Positions 45,296-62,545 of a DNA stretch of 64,000 nt are shown here, piece after piece. The number at the start of each line of letters is the position of its first letter. Position 1 is the stretch's first letter. The notes below the pieces were generated by a model. It was not told where the DNA came from. It saw nothing but the letters and a program-made list of their open reading frames with translations, and did not search any database. The DNA comes from the human T2T-CHM13v2.0 reference genome, Homo sapiens, in NCBI RefSeq assembly GCF_009914755.1, contig NC_060931.1; one strand, 5' to 3'. The position numbers and the translations under genes were made by a program.

Positions 45296-45875
45296 TTAGA
45301 AAACAATTGGCCAGTTTCTTAAAAAGTAATCTTACACACCCATAATATGACTCAGGCATTCCACTCCTAGGTATATTCCTAAGAGAAAAGAAATCATGTG
45401 TTCATAAATGTCTTATACCTGATCATTCATAAAGCTTTATCTGCAATAGGCAAAAGTTGGGAATAAACAAAATATCTATCAACAGGTGAATGGATAAACT
45501 AACTGTAGCATATCTATACAATGGAATATGACTTCTCAATAAAAAGATATGAGCTACTGATTCACACAACATGGGTGAACCTCAAAATTATTATGCTCAG
45601 TGGAAAAAGTCAAACAAAAGGAGTACATATAGTATATATGGTGTGATTCCACTTACTCTAGAAAATGCTCACTATTCTATAGTGACAAAAAGCAAGTCAG
45701 TGGCTGCCCGGGGATGGGGGTGAGAAGTGTCAGGAGGAAGGACTGACAAGGGTCATGAGGATATTTTGGGGGGGGCCAATGGATATGTGTCAAAACTTAT
45801 TAAATCGTACACTTTAAATATGATTCTCTCTCTCCCACTCTGTCTCTCTCTCCCTCTGAATTCTCCCTCTCTCTC

Positions 45876-48290
<2,415 letters not shown>

Positions 48291-48294
48291 TGGG

Positions 48295-49433
48295 GGAAAA
48301 GAAACAATAGATGTTGGCATGGATGTGGTAAAAAGGGAAATTCGTATAATCTCTATGGAAAACAATGTGGAAATTTCTGAAAGAACTAAAAGTAGATCTA
48401 CCATTCAATCTAGCAATCCCACTACTGGGTATCTACCCAAAGGAAAAGGAGTCATTATATCAAAAAGACACTTTCACATATATGTTTATTGCAGCACAAT
48501 TCATAACTGCAAAGATATTAAACAAACCTAAGGGCCCATTAACTGATGAGTAGATAAAGAAAATGTTTTATATATGTGTGTGTGTATATATATGTATGTT
48601 ATACATACACACATGTGTATGTATAACATATATATACCATAAGATTTTATATATACACATATATACATATACATATATTATATATATATATATTCACCTT
48701 AAATGAGACAAGCCAGGCACAAAAAGACAAACATCACATGTTCTTTTTTTTGAGAAAGAATCTCACTCTGTCACCCAGGCTGGAGTGTAGTGGCATGATC
48801 TTGGTTCACTGCAACCTCCGCCTCCCAGATTCAAGTGATTCTTTTGCCTCAGCCACCTAAGTAGGTGGGTTTACAGGTGCGCGCCACCATGCCTAGCTTA
48901 GTTTTGTATTTTTAGTAGAGATGGGGTTTCACCATGTTGGCCAGGCTGGTCCCGAACTCCTAGCCTCTAGTGATCTACCCACCTCGCCTCCGAAACTGCT
49001 GAGTTTATAGGCGTGAGCCACCGCACCTGGCCCATATGTTCTCACTTATATGTGGGAGTTCAAAAAATTTGATCACATGGAAGTAGAGGGTAGAATGATG
49101 GATACCAGAGGCTGAGAAGGATGTGGAGGGCAGGAAGGTGAAGAAAGGTTGGTCAGTGGGTACGAATATACGGTTAGATAGAAGAATAAGTTCTAATGTT
49201 CGATAGCAGAGCAAGGTGACTATAGTTAACAATAATGTATTGTATGTTTCAAAATAGCTAGGAAAGAGGACTTGAAATGTTTTCAACACATGGAAATGAT
49301 AAATACTCCAAGTAATGGATACCCTTAATAGCCTGATTTGACATTACACATTCTATACATTTAATATTACATATACTCCATAAATACATATTTTATGTAT
49401 CGATAAAAACTTTTTTAATTTACAAAAAAAAAA
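48295..49433 (+). mobile_element. L1MA 3' end with a TA-rich tract and an antisense AluS at 48744-49032
   Basis: GTTAGATAGAAGAATAAGTTCTA...GTGACTATAGTTAACAATAATGTATTG L1MA 3' UTR. Confidence 0.8.
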
Positions 49434-50340
49434 TCCCAGGACTGAGTCTTATGGGACAGCCTTGGATTACAAACCCATATCTGAACCCATCACTGTAGCC
49501 CGAGGGATAGAGCATACCAAGTCCCTGTGGTGCAAGGAGGATTAAGTTAGAGTCACTTAAAACCCAAGGACGGAGGAGGGAGGAATAATGTTTTCAAAGA
49601 AAAATCAGGGACCTGTTCCAGGAAGGAGCAGAACAGATGCAAAGCTGCAACAATAACCAATGTTTACTAAAGTCATTCAAGAAAGATTAATCATTTATTT
49701 ATTGATAATCTTGGTGCACACTAGAGCAATGTAATTTGGGAACTTATTTATGCATAATTTAAGTAAATGTGTCCAATTTCTAAGTTATTTGGGGTTTTCT
49801 TTACGATTTTTAAATTTTTAATTTTTTTCTACCCCTTCATGCAGTAATACCTGGAGTGAGTGAATTTTAAAATTCAAGTCCAAAATTATCTTCTCTCAAA
49901 ATCCTAAGGACATTGCTCTGTTTGTTATCCAGCTTCTGTTAGGTCCGATGCCAATCTGATTCTTACACCTTGGTAAGTGACCTAGCTGCTGTTGTTATTA
50001 TTGCTGCTGTTGTTGTTTGCGTTTTGGAGTCTTCTTATCCTTGGGGCTCTGGAACTTCATATATATGAGTCTAAGTGAGTATTTTTTTCCTACTTATTGT
50101 GCTTCCATTAGGCAACCCTTTTCGCTCTGCAAACCAAAGTCTTCCTTAACTCTGTGCAGCTCCCTTCCCATGCCTTCATATTTCCTCTTTCTTCTGTTCT
50201 CACTCAGAGATGCCTGCCAGTGGATGTCCAATCTCAGATGGCCCTCTTGAATTGTTAACTTTTCACTAATATTTTATGCCACTTTCTCTTTTTCATCATT
50301 TTCTAAGTAAAGGGTTTTTGGGGGGAGTTTAGTTTAGGTG

Positions 50341-50686
50341 GTTTTTGTTGTTTGTTTTGTTTTTTTGTTTGTTTGTTTTTTTGTTTTTTGAGACAGAATC
50401 TCACTCTGTTGCCCAGACTGGAGTACAGTGGTGCAATCACAGCTCACTGCAGCCTCACACTTCCCGGGCCCAGGTGATCCTCCCATCTATGCCTCCCACG
50501 TAGCTAGGATGTAGTCCCAAGCTACAAGTGCATGCCACCATGCTCGGCTAATCTTTGCAATTTTTTTGTAGAGACAGGGTCTCCCTGTGTTGTCCAGGCT
50601 GGTCTTGAACTCCTGGGCTCAAGTGACCTGCCTGCCTCAGCCTCCCAAAGTGCTAGGATTACAGGTGTGAGCCACTGCGCCCGGCC
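50341..50686 (-). mobile_element. AluJ
   Basis: Reverse Alu; TAAAGGGTTTTT repeated on both flanks. Confidence 0.85.
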
Positions 50687-51774
50687 AATAAAGGGTTTTT
50701 TAACTTCAGCAATTATATTTTCAATCTCTAGGTAACTCTTGTCTTCTAATTGTCTCTCTATATAGCATGTTCTTATTGTTGATAGATGCACGAGACTGCC
50801 ATAAACTATAGTCTTAATCTCACTGAAGATGTTATTTGGACTTTCTCCTCTTCTGCTGCTCTTAGGGTCTGTTTTTCCATCGGCTCATGCAGTCTTCTAC
50901 TGTTCACCTGTGTGGTGAGCCCTGGCTTTCCATTCGTCCTTGCAAATGGAGTAGGTAGTCAGACACCTGCTGCCTCTGCCCTCGTGGAAACCCTCCTGGT
51001 ACCCTTCTCCCCGCTGGGGCAGTCTGGTTAAGGACTCTGAGTCTGTCAGGCAGGGTTTTCAACCCCCATAAAGTCCAAAAAATGGGACTTTGTTGTGCAG
51101 TGTCACTGCCCTATTTAAACTTACCTCTCACCAGATAGATTGCCCAATTCTTCCAGTAAAGGGCTGTTTGCCTTGTCCTGACTGCACTCTGGCTTCTCTT
51201 GTGAACCAGGTCATTCGATGGATCCTAGGATGTCACATGGTTGTCTCGTTTTAAAGAAGTAAATGACCAAAGCAGATAGGTTTAGTCATAAAGCCAGAAT
51301 GGTTCTAGTTAAAGATGATGGAAAGGATCCAGGGGAAGTCTTCAGTTTTAAAAAATTTTAATGATTCTATTTAAATTTTTTTTTTGATTAGAGAATATTC
51401 AAAACATACAGGTGGGCAACACCTCAAAAGTACACCCACACACACCTCACCTTCTAGATGCTCGGTTTCCCCCCCTAGAGGCAGTCAGTGTTGCTACTTT
51501 GGGTGTTTCCATCTGAAACTATCCTACGCGTATACAAACAAATAAACATATATTTACATATTTGTGTGTATTTGCATACATTGCAAAGAATATATACAAT
51601 GTTATGTTACACAAGTTTTTGTAACCCGAATTTACTCATAAGGGGGTGATAAATTAGGGGAATGACGGCGGTATAACGTAGAGGCACATTAGTGCGTATA
51701 TGATTTTCTTCCCAGTACTGTGTATTATACAATGTTTTATCCCAAGAAACACGAAGTTCACTATTCAGCTCTTA

Positions 51775-51788
51775 CCGGCAGGTGGCGC
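51775..51788 (+). promoter_or_regulatory. Putative CTCF binding site
   Basis: CCGGCAGGTGGCGC closely fits the CTCF core consensus, in a locally CpG-retaining unique segment. Confidence 0.6.
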
Positions 51789-52295
51789 CCTCTGGCTGTA
51801 CGTGATGCCCACTCCCATCTCCTTTCTCTTGGATCAGTTCTCCTCTGTCTTGGAGGTACTTTTCCATGCTTCTGGCTCATCTTTGCACATTTTCCGCTTG
51901 TGTCCTTGACTCAGCTGACTTCACTCTTCCTTACAGCTCTTTCCTCAAGCTAACTTCACCTTATTTCTAAAAGTAAAGAGGTTTCTTTTTTCTTTTTTAT
52001 TACAGTGTTTCTACATTTATAAGAAATTTAACTTGTCTTCTCATTGTACTAATATCTGTATTAAGACTGGTTTTTTGCTTTTGTTAGCGCTCTTCACAAA
52101 GCACTAATTTTCAACAACGTGATCCAACCATAACTCTCTCATAAGTCTGTTGTTTTTAACATGAAATATTTAAGGAATGCAAGATTTTTCAGCAATATAT
52201 AAATGTTACAGCAGAAATGTCCATACTGTTCCCCACCACCACTACCCGCACTTTTAAAATAAATCATAGCACACTCTACACACTGAGTTCACTGA

Positions 52296-52603
<308 letters not shown>

Positions 52604-52825
52604 TTGCTTTTATTTTTTAATGAGATGAGTACATAAATAGCCTCTTCATGCTTTTTTCAGCTGCAGAGTGCAGGTATTAAGACATAAATGGGATCTAGAA
52701 TTCTGATTTGATTCTGTTTCTCTAGCACCGACATTAAGATAGACTCTTGGGGATCCAGTGTTCACAGGCACTGTTACTCCACCTGGATTTTGTCTACAGA
52801 GTGAATTATCTAAGACAAATAAACT

Positions 52826-53043
52826 ATACATTTTATGTATATGTATATATAAATGTACATATACATTTTATGTATATGTATATATAAATGTACATATACA
52901 TTTTATGTATATGTATATATAAATGTACATATACATTTTATGTATATGTATATATAAATGTACATATACATTTTATGTATATGTATATATAAATGTACAT
53001 ATACATTTTATGTATATGTATATATAAATGTACATATACATTT
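52826..53043. repeat. AT-rich 35-bp minisatellite, 6 perfect copies plus a partial
   Basis: Unit ATACATTTTATGTATATGTATATATAAATGTACAT at 52826, 52861, 52896, 52931, 52966 and 53001. Confidence 0.95.
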
Positions 53044-53309
53044 GCAAAACTTGAGTTTATATGCAGCTTTTTAAGGAACAGAACACTTGCTTGAAGTGAG
53101 TTTCCCCAAAGTATCTGAATGCCTGCCACACTCTCCTCTCCCCCATTACATGGTATTTCCTCACAGTTCAGATTGGCAAGTGCACTTGGGGTCACCCCAG
53201 ACACATACCTTGCTCAGGAGCCTCTGAGTGCAGCTCCTAAATATCTGGGGCCTACAGCCTAGACAACCCACTTAAGTGCTAGGTACTATACCTAGTCTCT
53301 CAGCCTATT

Positions 53310-53870
53310 ATAATTGGGACTCTTTCAACTGCACATGTCGTAAGCAAAAGATTGCTTAATGATCGTATACTAAAATGGTCAGGACTCAATCTGGCTTCAA
53401 GCACTGCTGAATTCAGAATTCAAGCAATACAATCAGGTGTGAGTTGTTTGTTGTTTCTCACCTGTCAGCTCTGACTTCCAGGTTGTCTTCATTCTGAAGC
53501 TCCTGGGGTGGTCTTTGGCAGCTCCAAGTGGACTTTTCACAGGGCAATGATGGCTGCCACAGCTCCAGCTTACATCCGTCTAGGTTCAAGTTCAGTGAGA
53601 AAAGCAAGAGCCTGTGATGGTGGCATAACCCAGAAGCCCTAAGATTTACTCTGATATGACCCATTCAGGCCATGTGCCCACATTTGAAACAATCTCCATG
53701 GCCTGGGGAAAATGATCTGCGGTTTGATTTAAGTTTGGGTCACAGGCGTTATCCCTGGAACTAAGGACAGAGCCCCACCATGAACACTTAGCCTGATAAA
53801 AAGGAAAAGGTAGGTCCAAAAATGGAAATCTGGGGCTGTTATTAGAAGAAAAGAGAATGGATGCAGGGCC
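53310..53870. mobile_element. Old MLT1 (J/K-like) MaLR LTR
   Basis: GATGGCTGCCACAGCTCCAG...GCCATGTGCCCACATTTGAAACAATC...GAATGGATGC. Confidence 0.55.
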
Positions 53871-54244
53871 ATTTCTTGTTAGATTCTATGCTAGCACTAA
53901 CTCGATGGTTCTCAAAAAAAATTTCCCCACCACAACAATTTCAACCAAGAATGGTGGTGTAACTTGAGAAAGTCCCTAGAGGATTTCACAACATCTCCAA
54001 GTGCAAAAGTTCTCCCAGCTCACACCAAGAACCACTGGCCTACTCGATTATTCCCCAAATATGTCCTGTTGATCACATTGTAAACTGTTCAATACAAATG
54101 GCTTAAACAAACTCCATGTACAGCTGGAAAAAATAATTCATTCCATTTATTGATTCATCCAACAAATATTTAGAAGCTGTCCTCCCAACTCCCCCTAATA
54201 TCTCTCTTGTGTATACAAGGCAGGAGGATTTGTTTGCCATTACA

Positions 54245-54660
54245 ATTTATTGCTGACTTCCAAGTTTATATATACCAAATGCTCCTAAACTCCAGGCTAA
54301 CATGTCCAAATGCCTTCTCAACATCTCAACCTGATCTCTAAAAATCCTCTCATATTTAACATGCCCCAAATTGAACTCCTGTTTTCTGTCATTTAAAAAT
54401 GTTCCCTCCATAGTCTTCCATGTCTTGGTAATTAACAATACTTTGAAACAAAAACTTGGAAGCTGTCCTTTGCTCCCCTTCTTTTCTTACAACCCACATT
54501 CATCCTGTTTGGGAACCCTGTAAGTTCTGCTGCCCAAATATATTGAGAATCCAATCACTTCTTGCTACTTCCACTGCCACCATCATGGTCCAAAGCACAT
54601 CAGTGCTTGCCTGGATTATTACAAGATCCTGCTCAGTGTCCTTTGCCCTTTATCCCTAGC
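54245..54660. mobile_element. L2 fragment
   Basis: TTTAACATGCCCCAAATTGAACTCCTG...CCACTGCCACCATCATGGTCCAAAGC...CCTGGATTATTACAA. Confidence 0.7.
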
Positions 54661-55698
54661 TCAGTAGTCAGGATTCATCCTTCTCACCCACCCACCCCAA
54701 TTCCACACATTCCCAGTTACAAAATGCTCTAGAAGGAACTGTAACAAGAGGCATCTAGCCCTACCTTTGCTGAAGAAGGGCAAGGCCCATCTCCTGGGGT
54801 TCCTGGCTCCTGCAGCCTCAGCATGGCCACATGTCCCTGCATCTGACTCCTAGGACCACAAACACTGACATACAACTGGTTCAGGGTTAGGATGTGGGAG
54901 GCCCCCTGGACATCTCAAGTAGCCCCACGTCAGTGACCATACAGACCCTTCTCTGACTCACTAACCCATTGAAGCCACTCATGCACCCTCCCATCCTCAT
55001 CTCCACAACCACCAGCCAGTGTGCATGTCATCTTTTCTGAATGCAGCCTCCCAGATTTTGTTAACTTCACAAGGAAATTTTCTGGGCTGCGGAAGAGATC
55101 AGCAAATGAGTGAAACAAAATCATAAGATGCTGCTCCCCAGGCTCACGAACCTGATCCAGAGGAGCTTCTCTCTGTTCCTGGGCTTCAGGAACAGGCATG
55201 TGATGAGGGCACAAAAGACTAGACAGTAGGATGAAGTTCCAGAAGCGCCAGGCTTGGCAGTTTTCTGTCCTGACTGAGAAGATGTTTGGTGAAGAAGAAA
55301 ACAGCCAGCCACCAGAGCTGTTACTTTCAAGACAGACTTGGGCTTCCATATCTAAAAATATGGAAGTCTGGAGGCCTAAATCATCTAAAACATAATAATG
55401 TCATTAAATTAGAAATCAATAAGATCTAATGTAACTCAAGTATTCATTTTTTAGCAATGCAGTAGCCCAAAAGCCTTAAAAAATACTCACTACAAAAAAG
55501 CAGAAAATTCTGGACACAAATAGCTATTTTAAATTTTTGTAAATTCATTCAGAGCAACTGTCAATTTCTGTTAACTTGTTAAAAACTTGAGTTTTCATGG
55601 CTACATAGAGGACAGAAGAAAAACTGAGTGCCAACACAGGTGGAAAACAGATTTAGGTGCTTATATGAAACCAGGATGTTCAAATTATTCTATTTTCT

Positions 55699-55979
55699 GG
55701 CCGGGCACGGTGGCTCACGCCTGTAATCCCAGCACTTTGGGAGGCTGAGGCGGGCGGATCACTTGAGGTCAGGAGTTTGAGATCAGCCTGGCCAACATGG
55801 TGAAATCCCGTCTCTACTAAAAATACAAAAATTAGCCGGGTGTGGTAGTGGGCACCTGTAATCCCAGCTACTCGGGAGGCTGAGGCAGGAGAATCACTTG
55901 AACCTGGGAGGTGCGATTGCAGTGGGCCATACTCCAGCCTGGGTGACAGAGTGAGACTCTGTCTCAAAAAAAAAAAAAA
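55699..55979 (+). mobile_element. AluSx-like
   Basis: GGCCGGGCACGGTGGCTCACGCC...poly-A. Confidence 0.9.
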
Positions 55980-56529
55980 TTATATTTTCAAGAGAAAAAT
56001 AAACCCAAAAGAATTTTGCCCATAACAAACTGCGGCAAGGGCACTACCTTGGTTCTGGATAGAAAGGAAAGACTCTCCTGAGAAACTGTCGGCATTATAG
56101 CTCACATGTAGATTTGAGGCCTGCCTTAGTTTAGATTTCCCCAAAGCAGACTATGGCAAGGATGTGGATACACATAATTTATTTTGGATCCTGGAGATCA
56201 CAAGTGAGAGAGTTAGGAGAGTGAGAAAGAAAAGGAGAAAAAAAGAGCATGTGCACTATGGGCTTAATCCACTAGAAATCTTTTGAAAAATATGTAGAAT
56301 TTATAGCCTCAACTTATGATACCAAAAAATCTCAATCTGGGAATTTTTTAAATCCCAAACTTATAGTGATCCCAGGTTTCTGGCAGAAACAAACTAAAAT
56401 CTTCTCTGAAAAAAGTACATTCATCAACCTAGGTTTCAAATATATCCCACAGATAAAGTTCCAACAAACATGAGGTCAAAATTTTTTTTTAAATCACAAA
56501 ACATATAATTAAATAAAATATTTTTATAT

Positions 56530-57028
56530 AAAAATCCCACAGCTAACACCAACGGTGAAAGACTGAAAGCCTTTTTGCTCATATCTGAAATGAGATGAGG
56601 AGGCTTATTCTTGCCATTTCTATTCCATGTAGTACTGGAAGTTCTAGCCGGAGCAAGTAGGCAAGAAACATAAATAAAAGGCATCCAAGCTAGAAAGGAA
56701 GAAGCAGAAGTATCTCTGTTCTCAGACAACATGATTTTATAGGTAGAAAACCCTAAAGATTTCAAACTCAGACACACACACAAAAAAAATCTGTTTGAAC
56801 TAATAAGTAAATTCAGCAAAGTTGCAGGATACAGAATCAACATTCAAAAATCAGTTGCGGGGCCAGGTATGATGGCTTATGCCTATAATCCCAGGACTTT
56901 GGGAAGTTAAGGTGAAAGGACCACTTCAGTCCAGGAATTCAAGGCTGTGGTGAGCTATGATTACACCACTGCACTCCAGCCTGGGCAATAGAGTGAGACT
57001 CTGTCTCTTTAAAAAAAAAAAAAAAAAA
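56530..57028 (+). mobile_element. L1M RT fragment followed by an Alu monomer (56860-57028)
   Basis: TTCTCAGACAACATGATT and AAATTCAGCAAAGTTGCAGGATACAGAATCAAC; short FAM/FRAM-like Alu. Confidence 0.7.
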
Positions 57029-58110
57029 GGAGATGAACCTGAGTGGACTTTGCTCATGCCCACACTAAAACCTCCACCCGGGGAAGTTACAGTTTCCTGT
57101 TCATTGTACACCACCTATATGCTGGCATGAGGACTCGCTGAGTGCAGCTGAGAATCCTCTGCATGTGATGACGATGACGCACCCTCTCCACGGCCCCATA
57201 AGCCCTCCTGTCACTTTCTGTCGGGGAGGCATGGCTTTGGAGAATACCCTCAGTGCTCTCCTCACTTGTACGAAGTACAAGGCCTCCCATTAATGAAAAC
57301 CTGAGTTCCCGCTAAAAGTTGTTTGTTACTTGGCAAGTGAACAAACCTCGTTTTTAGGGGTGAAACAGGAGGAATAGATTAAACCAGTAAGAAAGTGAGG
57401 AGTCAGGGGAGGGAGGTAAATGAGATAAATCCTGAAGTTCACAGCAGCACCTAGTGAAAGTGAATTCCTACTTCAGGAGGGGATTTTTTTGTACATTTGG
57501 CAGTTTTCCTAATATTTTGTTGCAACTTTTTGTGTGAGTGCTTCTTTGGATCTGAGGCTCCAGGCTTTCTCTGTGAAGTTTGACACCACAGGGCCTCATG
57601 CCATCCGCTAGAGAACCCTAAAGATTTCTTTAGAGTTAGAAATATCTGTAAAAGCAGACTCTGGGTTTTTGCAGAGGCAAGAGGTGGTCAAAAGAATTTT
57701 CCCAGTACAAGAAAATCCTCTCCTTTCTGCCATTTCATATCCTCCTCCTCTAGAAATACCTTTCCAGGAGGTTTTCCTGGTTGACCCAGGCAGCTAAGGT
57801 AGCAGAGGGCAGGGTAATTCCCAAGTGCCTCCCACACTGAGCAACAGAATTAGACACCACCCATCACCCACATCACATGAGCAAAGGCTGTGAATGCGAA
57901 GCCCAGACACTACTCCCTCTGCAACTTTCCTGTGGCCAGTCACTTCTGGAAACCTTGCCCTGCATCCCTCTTCCTTGTCTCAGCTGGAGTGGGGTGAGAA
58001 GAGCAGTGGGAAAGCAGCGGGGAAGAGGAGTCAGCCCTGACCACACTTCCCTCCCCAGCTCCTCCCCGTCCAGCAATCTGAGTCTCCTCTGGGAGACAGG
58101 CAAACCATGA

Positions 58111-58469
<359 letters not shown>

Positions 58470-59210
58470 GATAGCTGCAGTTTTTAACACGAAAAGGATT
58501 GGGCAATGACAGAGTTGTGAAATCTAGAATCTGGTCCTGATGTTAAAGAACCCAAGATCCAATGGGGAATGAGTGAGTTGACAAAATACAGTTAAAAGAA
58601 GTGACTAGAAAACAAAAAAAGAAGAAGAATCATTTCCTGTTTATACTCTGAATGGTTTTAAATCCTTCAATAAATATGTTGCACACAAATAGGCTTGAGA
58701 TTATCTGCATGCCCTCGTGCCAGGGCCGTGAAGTCATGCCCATCTGTGTCTGTGCAGTTTTACCACCAAGACTGAGCTGTGCAAAGAGACAAATAGCTGT
58801 CAGCTTTTCCAAGTAAACAGAAGCAGAAAGAAGGAGTGTCACATCTGACTTTCTACAGAGCACAAAGATTCAGACTTCTAAGGCTATTCACAGGAGGGGA
58901 GAGGGGAAAGGATGGGAAGGGGAGACAGGAATAGAGGAAGTGGGGCCGGGAGAGGGATCAGATAGAGGGGAGACCATCTTCACTCAGAGGCTTGGAAACT
59001 CCAGGGGAAAAATACAGAAGTTGCCCGGCAGAAAGGGGCCATTTTGTGCAACAACAACCCAGGGGGAACAAAGAAAAAGAAAAAAGAAAACCACCAAGTT
59101 GACATTTGTCTACCAGAGTAAAAAAAGGAAAAGAATTGCTACTGGATCTAGCCATAAAAGGACTAACTTAGAGACACTGAAGTACAGGAATTAATGCTAT
59201 CTTCAGCTAA

Positions 59211-59570
<360 letters not shown>

Positions 59571-59729
59571 ACCACTAGAATTATTTTGTAAAACTCCAAG
59601 GTTAACAAGTTCATGAAAAGAATGAAAACAAAGAGATTAAATTCAGAGCCCTGTTCTGTATCTGAATTCTTTCCTGCAAACCACCTAACTGTAATATTCA
59701 TACCCATGCCCCTCGAAATGTACGAAGCA

Positions 59730-59862
59730 CATATAGTGCCTGGGACCTTGTGAAAATGCAGGTTCTGACTTGGCTGGTCTGGCATGGAGGAGATTTTGCA
59801 TCTCTAGCCAGTTCCCAGGGTTGCCCATGCAGGCCAGTGGATCACACCTTGAGCAGCAAGAA
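59730..59862. mobile_element. MER5A-like hAT fragment
   Basis: CCTGGGACCTTGTGAAAATGCAGGTTCTG...CACACCTTGAGCAGCAAG. Confidence 0.55.
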
Positions 59863-61171
59863 TTGAGACCACCCACTGGCTGCCAAAATTTTTCTTTTAC
59901 AGAATATAGAAGTGAAAAAAAAAATCAACCTTTACCCCCTAGTCTCTAAAAAAAAAATTTTTTTTGTTGCTTATTGACTGAATATTTATTAATAACCCGT
60001 AGAAGGCTGAATACAAGAAAAACATAGCTCCCACCTTCCTCCAGCCCATGGAGAAGCTCAGGATTATGAGCCGAGAAACTGTGACATCTTCCCTCGCCTC
60101 CAGTCTGGACCAGGTGTGTCCGCATGCCACCTGCTCTGCTAGTGCCAACAGGTCAGCACTGTGCCATCCCATGGGGAGTGTGACCTGCACAGAGAATCCC
60201 GTGCTCTGCCCCCAAAGCCCTCATGATTATAGAGAACAGAGTAGAGTTTCTACTGCTCCTTCATTATCCCTGGCCAGGCTCTCCCTCCTTCACCTCATTC
60301 TGCTCCAGTGACACATCCCAAGGAACAGACATGCCCAGTTTGAAACAGGGCAGCTCCTGCAAAGCCCCACTCTGGGGTAGCAGAGTCATCTGCCTTACGT
60401 GGAAACAGAAAGAAAAGGTCCCAGAACAGAGTGGCAGGGCCTTGCTTTAGGGCAGAGAGGACATTCAGCAGGAGCTGCAAATGTCAGCACCCAAGGTCAT
60501 CAGGACAAGATAACGAACAGACTTAAGTGGCCCCAGATTTCCAAGTATTTCTACTTCCTCTTTTTGACCATATAGCTGGGCCCTTGATAGAAGGACATTT
60601 CAGAAGCCTCTCTCGGCCTCAGACAGTTTTGGCTGATATCCAAAGCAGAAAGCAGAAGCTGCTCTTTCTGGCTTGTTAACGTCTGAGCTCCCGGAAGAGA
60701 TTATACCAGAAAAGCCTAGGAGATTTACTGGAAATTATACTAGAGGAGACTGTGCTAGAAATGCCTGTGATTATAGAGATTATGCTAGAAGAGATGTTGT
60801 GAAGACAAAGGGGGTGGGGTGCCCCTCAGGCGGCACTTAGGGAGTGGGGAGCTGTCCTGGAGACCCTGAGGAGTCAGATGTGGAGGGAGAGGAGAGGCTG
60901 GTGGGACCAGGCAACAGAGGGCGATGGTGGCCTGAGGATGTGATGAGACCTCAGGGTGATATGCCAGGAACACCAGCTCCTGGGAACTGCAGCTTTCAGC
61001 TGTGGCAAAGGCAGGTGTGGTCCCACACCATGAGAGGCACCCCTTTATGGGGAACCCGGAGGGCTGCACAAAGGGCTCCTCAACAGTAAACAAGGAAGGG
61101 ATTTTGAAAACGCAGTGCTGGGGCACACCTGATCCCCCTCTCAGGCTGTCCCAAGCTGTCTCCCGTCTCCC

Positions 61172-61545
61172 AGTGTCTGAGTTTGCTAGGGCTGCCGTAA
61201 CAAAACACCGACTGAGGGGCTTAAACAGGAGAAATTTCTTTTCTCTCAGTTCTGGAAGGCCAAAGTCCAAGATTTGGCACCAGCGGAGTTCCTCTGAGGC
61301 TCTCCTTGGCTAGTAGATGCCGTCTTCTCCCTGTGTCCTCACGTGGCCTTCCCTCTGGGCCTGTCGGCATTCTGATTGCCTCTGATATGACATCAGACAT
61401 ATTGGATGAGGGCCCACCACAATGATCTCATTTTAACTTAATTACCTCTTTCAAGACACTGTCTCCAAATACAGTCACATCCTGAGCTACTAGGGGTGAG
61501 GGCTTCAACATATAAATTTGGAGGGGACAAAAATTCAGCCTCTCA
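61172..61545 (-). mobile_element. MLT1A-like MaLR LTR
   Basis: GTTTGCTAGGGCTGCCGTAACAAAA...TCTCCAAATACAGTCACAT...GGGGACAAAAATTCAGCC. Confidence 0.8.
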
Positions 61546-62119
61546 CGCCCACCACCTCCCACCCTACCCCAGAAGCAAAAAAGGTTTCCTTCCTGCCTCA
61601 AGGACTCTGGTACTCTCCAGGCTTGAGGACCAGCCCTCTGTCCATGCTGCAGTATAGATTGAGATCTTTGCAGATGGAGTTCTGAATATCAACATCTGTG
61701 ACAACTAAAAGACAACCCCCCTGCCCAACTTTGGCCAAAGTTCCTTGGAGTCAGGGTGGTGAGTGAGCAAGTAACTCAGTCCTATCAAATGTGCCCATGG
61801 ACACTGAGGTCTGAGCAGCCCTGCGCACTCTGCGTTCTCATGGCTGTTCACGACATGAGCAACGGCAAGCTCAGGGTGCTCTGCCCCTGAGTGTCTGCTA
61901 CTTTGCATTCTCCTTTCTCATGTTCCTTGTCTTCCTACAGTTCTTCAGCAAGCACACCACCTTCCTGCCTGCTGCATCGCTAACTTGGCAGTCAAGTAAC
62001 ATTTGTTCTTTGTAGTAAAGGGTTTATGCCTCACCTCTTAAGCAGACTGTAAACTTCTTGGTGTCAGAAGCTCTGTCTTAAGTCTGTGTGTATCATAACC
62101 CTGCACACAGCAGGACATG

Positions 62120-62545
62120 GTAGTCGGGAACGGTGAAGGGTCTGAGATCTAACTGTACATGCAGGTCAACAAGTCAGTCTGCCACAGTTTCATGGATGCT
62201 GGTAGAAGCCACAAAACCCCGAGTTATGACAAAAAACAATTTATTACACACGGCAATAGCAGTGGCCACGGTAGCAGCATTTTTGCGTGGGTTCTAGGAC
62301 CCCAGTTCCCACAGACAATGCAAAGAGGCATTGCAGGTGACACCAGCACAGCCGGTGGGCTGGGTTCTAGAAAAGGAACCCTGAGCTTAAGGAATCTGAT
62401 TCTTTTATAACAGGTGATCATGCCTGTCCTTTGGTCCAGAAGAAGACACTATTTCCCAAGGCTGCCCATTAGGAGGTGAGAACATCTTTGAAAAGGCAGT
62501 CAGTGCCACTGCTCACAAGATGTGTGGAAACATGAGACAGGGGGA
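62120..62545 (-). mobile_element. ERV LTR (family uncertain)
   Basis: GTGAAGGGTCTGAGAT...CTGCCACAGTTTCATGGATGCTGG...TTTATTAC (antisense AATAAA). Confidence 0.5.

Noticed and set aside
51655-51700. TGACGGCGGTATA, vaguely resembling mitochondrial 12S rRNA
   Set aside because: Similarity is too short and does not extend; no NUMT supported.
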